A stretch of 32,000 nucleotides of DNA, taken from positions 570,001-602,000 of the forward strand of contig NBVN01000002.1 in NCBI GenBank assembly GCA_003056265.1, written 5' to 3'. The stretch is from Zestosphaera tikiterensis. GTDB taxonomy: Archaea; Thermoproteota; Thermoprotei_A; Sulfolobales; NBVN01. Both the position numbers and the translations under genes were made by a program. Below the pieces are notes generated by a model. It did no database searches. It saw nothing but the letters and a program-made list of their open reading frames with translations, and was not told where the DNA came from. Position 1 is the first letter of the stretch. Each line of letters begins with the position of its first letter. This document shows positions 7,947 to 15,253 of this stretch, piece after piece.

Positions 7947-8669
7947 TTAAACGGTTTTTAAAGACTTAACCTTCAAACCTAAAGCTTTTAAGCTTTCGTA
8001 AGCTTCCTTCCTAGAATATAGGGTTAAAACGCCATATACTTGGATTTTAAACCGTTTAAGTACATCAACAACGGCGGCGATCTTGTCTGGAGTGTTAACG
8101 AGCGTCTCTATTATCAAGGCTTGATGCTTGTCGGTTAAGCACGTCCTCGAAGCGATTATAAACTTTACTTCATTGTTTTGAGTGTCGAGGTAATGCGTGG
8201 TTACATACCCTTTACGGTCTGAAAGCGCTTCATCTATGAAGGGGCATATATCGCAGGTTAGCTCCATAGCTACAGGACCGCTTAATAGTAGGGCATGCGT
8301 TGATGTTGGAACGACTAAATCAACTCTAGCGTTTTCAACGAATTCCTCAGTAATCAATGAAAAAAGGTTTAGGAAACCGGGTTTAGTTACGATGTTGACG
8401 AGCCCTTGATCCAACCTACTTAAAGATTCGGCGATTAACCTATCTAAGATTTTAAGCTCCTCCAACTTACTTAATATCCTGTCAACTGTCCTCTCTTCTG
8501 GAACGCTTATTAAGTTAACGTACTTCCAGAGCGTCTGATACGGTAAGTCAAGCAGTTTCTGAATATCTCTTAAGCTGTAGTAATACCTCATAACGTTTAA
8601 AACTTTTAAAGCGTAGACTTTCTTCGTGTCTTTATGCGACCTCACTAGGTTTCTAGGCGAATTTCGCAC
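7947..8669 (-). CDS. Putative transcription regulator: N-terminal HTH plus C-terminal degenerate phosphoribosyltransferase-like domain
   Basis: YSLRDIQKLLDLPYQTLWKYVN looks like an HTH. The C-terminal half has PRTase-like strand-loop patterns (DLVVPTSTHALLLSGPVAMEL; ALIIETLVNTPDKI). The acidic PRPP-loop residues and the TG-T motif are not conserved. Confidence 0.5.
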   Translation of the reverse strand: MRNSPRNLVRSHKDTKKVYALKVLNVMRYYYSLRDIQKLLDLPYQTLWKYVNLISVPEERTVDRILSKLEELKILDRLIAESLSRLDQGLVNIVTKPGFLNLFSLITEEFVENARVDLVVPTSTHALLLSGPVAMELTCDICPFIDEALSDRKGYVTTHYLDTQNNEVKFIIASRTCLTDKHQALIIETLVNTPDKIAAVVDVLKRFKIQVYGVLTLYSRKEAYESLKALGLKVKSLKTV

Positions 8670-8695
8670 TTTTCATCAAGTAATAACTATTTAAG

Positions 8696-8983
8696 TTAAT
8701 ATAAGCTTTGAATTTTAAAAACTCCATACCTTACAGTGGTTTGAGGGTCTTCAGGTTCTATATACTCCTTAAGATCTGACTTAACACCCACTTCCTCCAA
8801 AACATACTTGAAGTCCTCCACCCAATCGTATACTCCACACCACATGCAGAAACTACCTGAGAACTTCACGACGACCTCATCTTCTTTTACTTCAATAACT
8901 TCAGCTACAGCTTCAGGAGCTCTTCTGCTGTTGTAGATCTCAACTGCTTTACTCACCAATTCTTTAAGATTCAAAGCCATCAC
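8696..8983 (-). CDS. Small CxxC protein, unknown function (Nfu/NifU-C-like pattern, weak)
   Basis: 95-aa ORF. VVVKFSGSFCMWCGVYDWVEDFKYVLEE resembles the G-x-C-x-x-C core of Nfu-type domains. Low certainty. Confidence 0.45.
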   Translation of the reverse strand: MMALNLKELVSKAVEIYNSRRAPEAVAEVIEVKEDEVVVKFSGSFCMWCGVYDWVEDFKYVLEEVGVKSDLKEYIEPEDPQTTVRYGVFKIQSLY

Positions 8984-9026
8984 CTACTATAAAATTATTT
9001 AGGAAGGAAATATAGGGGTTTAGTAA

Positions 9027-9899
9027 ATGGCGGTTGGTTTCGTCGGTAAAGAAGGCTTAACCCTCTACGTCATAGCCGCGGTTTTAGCCACGCTTTTGAT
9101 TTATGGATTGATTACAGACTCCACGAATGTTTGGGTGTTCTACACATCTCTTGGAGATGAATATTTCTACGTAGCTGTTTTCCTAATACTTTACATATTT
9201 ATAGATGCTGAGTTCGCGTACTCAACGCTATCGTTAGTTCTTTTCTCAGTAGCTACGAATGCCGTGATCAAGCAAATAGCCGCTGTTGAAAGACCTCCTA
9301 AAGAGTTTTGGAGGATTGAAGCTGAAGGTTATTCTTGGCCTAGCAGACATGCTATGACTTCAGCCACTCTCTGGAGTTACATCGCGTTAAAATTTAAGAA
9401 TATGGCTTTAAGACTCGTAGGGTTGATTTCCGTGTTAGGTATTTCCTATTCTAGGGTAGCTTTAGGAGTTCATTGGTTGAACGACGTTGTCTGGGGAGTT
9501 ATCTTCGGTGTTTTAATATCTTTGATTTTCTACTTGATCCAGAAGTTCTTAGGGGAAGGTTTAAGCATCACGTATTTATTCCTAGCCATAACCGCCGTGA
9601 TGTCTTTAATAGCTGGTTTTAATTATGGTGATATACAGGCTTTAAAAGTATTAGGTATAACTGCAGCCTTAACTAACGCCTCGATTTTAAAACCTAAGTT
9701 CAGATCTTTAAACACGTCTACGTTATCAGCTAAACTAACGGCTTCCTTAACAGCTTTAGCAACGTCGGGTGCTGTAGCAGTGTTCATCAAGTTAGAACAC
9801 CCTATAGCCATCATAGGTAAGTACTACTTAATAACCACTTTATTAACCGCTACGCCGGTAGTAGTTATTCACCTTTTCAAACATTCGTTTAAAAACTAA
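9027..9899 (+). CDS. PAP2-family (type 2 phosphatidic acid / polyprenyl-diphosphate) phosphatase, membrane protein
   Basis: All three PAP2 motifs are present in order: KQIAAVERPP (KxxxxxxRP), WPSRH (PSGH-like) and SRVALGVHWLNDV (SRxxxxxHxxxD). About 8 TM segments. Confidence 0.8.
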   Translation: MAVGFVGKEGLTLYVIAAVLATLLIYGLITDSTNVWVFYTSLGDEYFYVAVFLILYIFIDAEFAYSTLSLVLFSVATNAVIKQIAAVERPPKEFWRIEAEGYSWPSRHAMTSATLWSYIALKFKNMALRLVGLISVLGISYSRVALGVHWLNDVVWGVIFGVLISLIFYLIQKFLGEGLSITYLFLAITAVMSLIAGFNYGDIQALKVLGITAALTNASILKPKFRSLNTSTLSAKLTASLTALATSGAVAVFIKLEHPIAIIGKYYLITTLLTATPVVVIHLFKHSFKN

Positions 9900-10049
9900 C
9901 CCATACCCATCTCAAGCAACTTCTTCTTTTAACAAGGTAATTCTCTAGTTAGGTTCAGGTAAGCATTTAATATTAAGTTTAGCTTATTAGCTTAAGTCGC
10001 ACGCAGTTATTTTTATTTTCGCAGCAGTAAGTATCTTGGTGTTGGTTTG

Positions 10050-11192
10050 ATGGATGAGGGTTTCAACGCGTTAACAACGCAGCCTGCGTTGTTAATACCG
10101 CTGTATTTTACTTGGTCAGTAACGTATTTCCTTATAATAGCTGGTGCTTTCGGATATATAGCTTATAAACCTGGTCGGAAGCCATACAAAGCAGATAACG
10201 TCGAGTTCGTGATCGTTACCGTAGCCAATAATAAAGTTAAAAACACGTTGATGGAGTCTCTAACTAGCTTAAGGAGGAGATTCCGTGATAAGGTGGTTTG
10301 GGTTGTTGTGGATGAGGGTGCTGAGTTAATACCTTTCTTAAACAGCTTAAGCTTTTCAGATCCTTTCTTAAGGCTTGTTGTAGTGCCTAAAGAGTATTTA
10401 GGCGGACGTAGGGGTAAGGTTAGAGCTATGTCCTACTTCGTTAAATACTTCGTTAATGATGATGTATGGTATGTCTTTCTAGATGATGACAACATAGTTT
10501 TAAACGATGACTTCCTATATGAGATACCTTATTACGAGGAGAAAGGTTACGTGGCTTTCAACCCAATCCTTAAGCCTAGGAAGTCTAGGTCTGTTTTAGC
10601 GTATGTAATCGATTGGTTCAGATACTTCAACGACTTAACAATCTACAGGTTTTTCACGGGTTTCTTAGGTATACCGCTTTTAGGTCTTCACGGGGAACTT
10701 TTAGGAGTTAAAGGTAGTGTGTTAAGTGAGTTAGACCTTACATTCAACTCAATAACTGAAGACTTCAGAATAGCTGCGGAGTTGGTTAAGAAAGGCTATA
10801 AAACATGGCAGTCAAGCACTGTAGTCAGTATTAAATCACCTAACAGCATAAAAGATTTCCAGATGCAGAGAGCTAGGTGGTTTAAAGGACTTATTCACGA
10901 TCTTAAATACGCACCACTAGCTATGAAAGTCTTGGTGATGATTAAATCTACTTTATGGGTGGTTAACGTAGTAGCTATAGCAATAGTGCTGTACTACTGG
11001 CCTCAAAACATATACTTTCTAGCTCCCTTCGCCGTAAGCGCGTTGTATCATTGGTCCGCATACATATATGGAGTTGTGAAAAGCAGGAAAATCAAGTACT
11101 TAATGCTAACCCCCTTCGCATGGTTAATCGAGGTTAGTTCACTCGCTAGAGTCTTTCAAATTAAGGACTTCTACGTCATTCAAAAAGATTAA
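10050..11192 (+). CDS. Membrane-embedded family 2 glycosyltransferase with QxxRW motif (processive synthase-like)
   Basis: FVIVTVANN, FLDDDNIV (DxD), TEDFR (ED) and QMQRARWFKG (Q(Q/R)xRW), with TM helices at both termini. ATG 10050 is preferred over TTG 10047. Confidence 0.8.
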   Translation: MDEGFNALTTQPALLIPLYFTWSVTYFLIIAGAFGYIAYKPGRKPYKADNVEFVIVTVANNKVKNTLMESLTSLRRRFRDKVVWVVVDEGAELIPFLNSLSFSDPFLRLVVVPKEYLGGRRGKVRAMSYFVKYFVNDDVWYVFLDDDNIVLNDDFLYEIPYYEEKGYVAFNPILKPRKSRSVLAYVIDWFRYFNDLTIYRFFTGFLGIPLLGLHGELLGVKGSVLSELDLTFNSITEDFRIAAELVKKGYKTWQSSTVVSIKSPNSIKDFQMQRARWFKGLIHDLKYAPLAMKVLVMIKSTLWVVNVVAIAIVLYYWPQNIYFLAPFAVSALYHWSAYIYGVVKSRKIKYLMLTPFAWLIEVSSLARVFQIKDFYVIQKD

Positions 11193-11193
11193 A

Positions 11194-11242
11194 TCAGACG
11201 ATGTCGGTCACATCACACGTCAGGAAGGAGAGCTTTCATCAC
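11194..11242 (-). ncRNA. C/D box sRNA (2'-O-methylation guide RNA), candidate
   Basis: Minus strand reads GTGATGA (C, 11242-11236), AAGCTCTCCTTC (12 nt), CTGA (D', 11223-11220), CGT, GTGATGT (C', 11216-11210), GACCGACATCGT (12 nt), CTGA (D, 11197-11194). The flanking GAA/TTT could close a 3-bp terminal stem. It is intergenic, between the GT2 and osmC genes. Confidence 0.8.
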
Positions 11243-11335
11243 TTCCACATAACCTTAAAACCTACTCCTCCCCCATATTTCTAAGTTTACCTTAAAAGAT
11301 AAAAACAGTTGTTTAAAGATTAGTTGGTGGTATTA

Positions 11336-11776
11336 ATGAGTAGCGTATCTAAAGTTAAAGTCGTTGCTGAAAATAAGGAGAAGTTTAAAACGGTTGTTAA
11401 GGTGGGGTCTTTCGAGCTGGTTTTCGACGTACCGCAAAGCTTAGGAGGCGATAACCAAGGCCCTTCACCAACCGCAGGTCTTCTAGCTTCGTTGGCTGCC
11501 TGCATCGCCGCAGTAACTAGACTACATTCAAACAGACTTGGAATCCCCGTAAATGAGGTTAAGATCGAAGTTGAAGGCACTATAGACGCGAGAGGTCTTG
11601 TAGACGATAAGGTACCTGCTGGTTTCCAAGACATAACCGTTAAGGTCATCATAAACTCGCCAGCAGATCTTAACAAACTTAAAGATTTAATCGCGATCGT
11701 AGAAAAACATTGTCCAGTAGGTTACAACATAAAGTATGAGACACCGTTAAAGGTGGATGTAGTTAAAGCAGGTTAG
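11336..11776 (+). CDS. osmC: OsmC/Ohr family peroxiredoxin-like protein
   Basis: GPSPTAGLLASLAACIAA and EKHCPV are the two conserved Cys blocks of OsmC. ATG 11336 preceded by GGTGG is preferred over TTG 11324. Confidence 0.85.
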   Translation: MSSVSKVKVVAENKEKFKTVVKVGSFELVFDVPQSLGGDNQGPSPTAGLLASLAACIAAVTRLHSNRLGIPVNEVKIEVEGTIDARGLVDDKVPAGFQDITVKVIINSPADLNKLKDLIAIVEKHCPVGYNIKYETPLKVDVVKAG

Positions 11777-11796
11777 AATTTATCACCAAAGCAAAA

Positions 11797-12699
11797 TTAA
11801 ACGCTAAACACTTCGAACTTTTTAAGATCTCTAAACTTAGTGACGTATGAGTTAATCTCATCCTCCGTAAACCACCTACCGTAAGGTTTAGAGACTTTAA
11901 GTGCTGCGGCTATAGAACCTTTTATTGAGGCTGTAAGTGGTGCGTCATTTAATGCTAAGTAGTATGTGCTTACCGCCGTAAACACATCCCCAGCACCAAC
12001 TTCATCAACCGTATCCACTTTAAGCGCTGGAACCTCATAACTTCCATCCCTAGTTATTAAAAACAGTCCTTTACCGTCCATAGTCACGGCTACAGAAGCT
12101 TCGGAAGACTTCATAATGCTTGCCTGAAGCGTGCGTAAAATCGTGGCTGTGTTGTTCGTGAAGCAGAACTCACGCAGGTTTCCATGCGTTAAATTAGCTT
12201 TATTAACTACTTCGAATATTTTCTCCCTCCATAGGCATGATATACCGCTGTTATCGATTTCTCTAACTAACCCCTGAATATCTACTGAAGCTACTTTAAC
12301 ACTCTCCTTAACCACGCTTAGTAAGTAACTTACGTGCTCAACACTTAACTCCTTAAAGACGGGGGCTAGTATGAGGATCTCCGGGTTTAAATGATTAACT
12401 ACGTTAACGACCTCCTTAACGTCTATAACGCATCCCCTACTTTTTAAGCCTGAAGCCCTACCGAAGCGTATCGTGAAAACAGGTAAGGACTCGCATTCCA
12501 GGCTATGTACGTTTATACCCTCCACTTCGAAAGTTCCTAGGATTACCTTCCCGTAAAGCTTATCTATAGGGGTTAACACGTGAACCTCGACGTTAGGTAG
12601 CATGGTTAAGGCTTTACCGCCGTAGTATACCGACCCACCAACTCTAAATGTGTTACCGAAATCATCTATGGTTGCCGACCCTACTATTAAAGCCCGCAT
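11797..12699 (-). CDS. PfkB/ribokinase-family sugar (or sugar-acid/nucleoside) kinase
   Basis: 300 aa with a C-terminal DEVGAGDVFTA (DxxGAGD) motif and an N-terminal GG dipeptide region (VGGSVYYGG). Substrate cannot be assigned. Confidence 0.75.
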   Translation of the reverse strand: MRALIVGSATIDDFGNTFRVGGSVYYGGKALTMLPNVEVHVLTPIDKLYGKVILGTFEVEGINVHSLECESLPVFTIRFGRASGLKSRGCVIDVKEVVNVVNHLNPEILILAPVFKELSVEHVSYLLSVVKESVKVASVDIQGLVREIDNSGISCLWREKIFEVVNKANLTHGNLREFCFTNNTATILRTLQASIMKSSEASVAVTMDGKGLFLITRDGSYEVPALKVDTVDEVGAGDVFTAVSTYYLALNDAPLTASIKGSIAAALKVSKPYGRWFTEDEINSYVTKFRDLKKFEVFSV

Positions 12700-12768
12700 C
12701 GTACCTCAACGTATTATTAGCTAAGCCAGCTTTAAAAACAAGCGCTTCCCTAACTTAAAAACTCATCG

Positions 12769-14736
12769 TTAAGGATTGCTTGAGGGAGGCCATGCGTAGA
12801 CGCGCCCTCTCTCGAAAACGTATGTTAAGAATTGACCGGCTAAAGACCATTTAAACCTAGATAAGGCTCTAGCGTTACCAACTACTATGAGTTTATATTT
12901 AGGTCTTGTTAAAGCTACGTTAAGGCGGTTTGGGTTTGACACGAACTTAAAGTCTTCCATAGCAGTTAAGGAGAAAACGATTACGTCCTTCTCCCTACCT
13001 TGAAACCCGTCAACGGTTTTAATCTCTATATCCCTTACGTTAATTAACTTACGTAGGTAGTTTCTCTGCGCTTTATAAGGTGTTATAACACCAACTTCCT
13101 CGGGCTTCACCCCACACTCAAGTAATTCTTTAAGTATTTCAACCACAACGTGTGCTTCGGCCTCGTTAACTAGCGACCTTCCAACCCTTTCTTCACGTCC
13201 GTCAACATCGATAAACACTACCGGTTTATCAGGGTTGAGGAATTCATACTTAGGTTTCTTAACTAGCTTAAGCCGTAACTCCCTGCAAGTCGGTGATGCT
13301 CTAATATTTCCCTCGTATATGTACTTAGCTGGGAAGTCAATTATTTCGGAGTTGCTTCTATAGTGTATCTTCAACCATAAAGCCCTGTTAGGGTATTTCT
13401 TAAGCAGGTTTACGAAAGCGCTTAAGCTTTCCTGCACCCTTAAGTCTTTAACGGATTTAAAGATAGGTAGTAGTTGTTTATGATCCCCTATGAGAACCCA
13501 CTTCCTCCCCTTAACCATGGCTAAAAGCGCTAAGGTTAAGGATGCTTGACTGCTTTCATCGATTACTACAGTATCGAAGTTAACATTCTCTAAAGGCTTA
13601 AGCTGGGATTTAATTAAAGTGGAGGCTATTATCGGGGTTTTCTCAACTAACTCCATTATCTTTTCGTTTATTAACTCACGCCTCTCCTTAATTAAGTCAG
13701 TTATTAAACTTTTAGTGAGTCTAAGCTCCTCCATAGTTTTTAACTTCATGCCTTCATACCTTAACTGCTTCTCGCTACGTATGCTTAAGTAGTCAAGCCA
13801 TCTAACGAGTTCCGCGTACTTTCTCCTCAACTCTTCAATTCTTCTCTCAATAAGTTCTAATGCTTCACCTAAAGCTGTTTTAGCTTTATAGCTAAGCATA
13901 TATGGGTGTATATGTGGTAGGATCTTCTCCGGCCTCCCAACTCTTAAGCAGGAATCTACGGGCAAACCTTCAACAGCGTTATCAACAGCTATGTTAGCGT
14001 GTGAAGTTATTAAGACCTTCTCCCCACGATTGGAGAGCATGTAGGCAATCTTCCTAACGACTCTGGTCTTACCCGTTCCCGGAGGACCTATCACGAGAAG
14101 TACCTCACCATCACTTAAGGAAAGCGCTGCCTCAACCGCCCTCACTTGATACTCATCTAAAGCTATCTCCTCACCAACTGCTTTAACGTCCTTCAACTCA
14201 AACCTAACTTCAAGGTCCGGCTGACGATAGCTTTCATCAAAGAATAGATCCACTGCCGGGCTCCTCAACTGCCCGCTTTCAATTAAGTCGATTAACCTCA
14301 TCTGAAGATCTATAGATTGAAGGGCTTCAGCATCGAAAACCCTAATTCTAGACCCAACCTCAGGCTTCAACCCCTCAAGCACTTCCTTAGGTGAATATAC
14401 GGAGACGTAATGATCAATAGACTCCAACACATTCCCTAAAACCTGCACTACGTTAAGCCCTTGAACAACACCAACCACATCCCCAACTTCAAAAACGTTA
14501 GGTACAGACAAACGTAAATCAACTACATTCCTAGTCACATCAACTACTTCAGCATCATAAACCGTTAACTCCTCCATCAACTCATTAATTACGTAACGCT
14601 TCTCACGCAGCAATACATCCTTCAAAAAACCTAAGAAATCAGAAGGGTTGCTGTGAGTAGGCTGACCTCCTCCCCGCTCTGAGGGATGGGGTCCCTCTTC
14701 GGGCGGTTCATTGGTTTGGAGGTACATCTTTTTCAT
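12769..14736 (-). CDS. Superfamily 1B helicase, Upf1/DNA2-like (AAA_11/AAA_12 type)
   Basis: Motif I GPPGTGKT, II VVIDESSQ, III LIGDHKQLLP, IV HYRSNSEI, V TVDGFQGREKDVIVFS and VI NVALTRPKYKLIVVG. The N-terminal roughly 200 aa are beta-rich and OB-like. GGAGGTGA sits directly upstream of ATG 14736. Confidence 0.85.
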   Translation of the reverse strand: MKKMYLQTNEPPEEGPHPSERGGGQPTHSNPSDFLGFLKDVLLREKRYVINELMEELTVYDAEVVDVTRNVVDLRLSVPNVFEVGDVVGVVQGLNVVQVLGNVLESIDHYVSVYSPKEVLEGLKPEVGSRIRVFDAEALQSIDLQMRLIDLIESGQLRSPAVDLFFDESYRQPDLEVRFELKDVKAVGEEIALDEYQVRAVEAALSLSDGEVLLVIGPPGTGKTRVVRKIAYMLSNRGEKVLITSHANIAVDNAVEGLPVDSCLRVGRPEKILPHIHPYMLSYKAKTALGEALELIERRIEELRRKYAELVRWLDYLSIRSEKQLRYEGMKLKTMEELRLTKSLITDLIKERRELINEKIMELVEKTPIIASTLIKSQLKPLENVNFDTVVIDESSQASLTLALLAMVKGRKWVLIGDHKQLLPIFKSVKDLRVQESLSAFVNLLKKYPNRALWLKIHYRSNSEIIDFPAKYIYEGNIRASPTCRELRLKLVKKPKYEFLNPDKPVVFIDVDGREERVGRSLVNEAEAHVVVEILKELLECGVKPEEVGVITPYKAQRNYLRKLINVRDIEIKTVDGFQGREKDVIVFSLTAMEDFKFVSNPNRLNVALTRPKYKLIVVGNARALSRFKWSLAGQFLTYVFERGRVYAWPPSSNP

Positions 14737-14744
14737 TCACCTCC

Positions 14745-14762
14745 GGGCCGGGCTTCCGGCCC
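14745..14762 (-). other. All-GC 7-bp hairpin abutting the helicase SD
   Basis: GGGCCGG-GCTT-CCGGCCC on the + strand (loop AAGC on the minus strand), directly 5' of GGAGGTGAATG on the minus strand. Confidence 0.5.
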
Positions 14763-14840
14763 ATTACCCCTATCCCTGAGGGACTTGGGGTTATGGAACG
14801 CCTTCATCTATCATCGACCTTTAGAAGGTCTCAAAACTTC

Positions 14841-14907
14841 GTGTGGGAGGCATTGTATGGGTTGTGTGTATGCTTTGATTGATTTGTTTGAGGTTTGCCT
14901 CCCACAC
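14841..14907. repeat. 12-bp perfect inverted repeat (GTGTGGGAGGCA ... TGCCTCCCACAC) around a 43-nt G/T-rich spacer
   Basis: Arms at 14841-14852 and 14896-14907, read directly. It lies in the 348-nt non-coding gap between the helicase and the tRNA. Confidence 0.6.
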
Positions 14908-15084
14908 ACATTAAACATCATCACCAAAAACAAACTAAAAACAACAACTTATAAACCTTCCCATCCCCGCCCTAAAGAGGCGAGGCTTTCAGTTGTAACG
15001 ACCGAAAACTCTACTCAAATTCTCACCAAGTTAAAACCTAGCTCTCCCAGACTTTCTTACTGCCTCCAATTTACTAAACGGTTA

Positions 15085-15158
15085 AGCCGCCGGCGGGATT
15101 CGAACCCGCGACCCCCGGCTTACGAGGCCGGTGCTCTACCCGGCTGAGCTACGGCGGC
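15085..15158 (-). tRNA. tRNA-Thr: tRNA-Thr (anticodon CGU), no intron, CCA not encoded
   Basis: The reverse complement folds as a 74-nt cloverleaf. Acceptor GCCGCCG/CGGCGGC, D arm GCUC/GAGC, anticodon arm CCGGC-CUCGUAA-GCCGG, variable loop GGGUC, T arm GCGGG-UUCGAAU-CCCGC, discriminator U. Confidence 0.95.
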
Positions 15159-15184
15159 ACCATCAAAATAACATAACACCACAC

Positions 15185-15193
15185 CTTATATTT
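15185..15193 (-). promoter_or_regulatory. TATA-like box for tRNA-Thr
   Basis: The minus strand reads AAATATAAG about 27-35 nt upstream of the tRNA 5' end. Confidence 0.4.
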
Positions 15194-15253
15194 CTTTCTT
15201 CATTTCCCACCTTAGGTTGATATGTTTTTATCTTTAGCGTAGGTTTATGTTAG

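Noticed and set aside
14841-14910. H/ACA guide RNA interpretation of the 12-bp inverted repeat followed by ACA
   Set aside because: I could not build an upper stem, a K-turn/K-loop or a pseudouridylation pocket from the 43-nt G/T-rich interior. The ACA may be coincidental. I report it only as an unexplained hairpin.
14918-14924. C-box-like GTGATGA on the minus strand in the tRNA-helicase gap
   Set aside because: There is no CTGA D' or D box at 12-nt spacing downstream and no C' box, so it is not a C/D sRNA.
14686-15147. 153-aa + strand ORF spanning the helicase start, the non-coding gap and most of the tRNA
   Set aside because: It runs antisense through a well-folded tRNA-Thr gene and the helicase N-terminus. 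Its composition is low-complexity and it has no motifs. It is an ORF-finder artefact.
15085-15158. tRNA-Thr as an integration site for a mobile element or genomic island
   Set aside because: There is no integrase, no duplicated tRNA 3' segment (I searched by eye for GGGATTCGAACCC-like repeats), and the flanking genes are ordinary housekeeping types.
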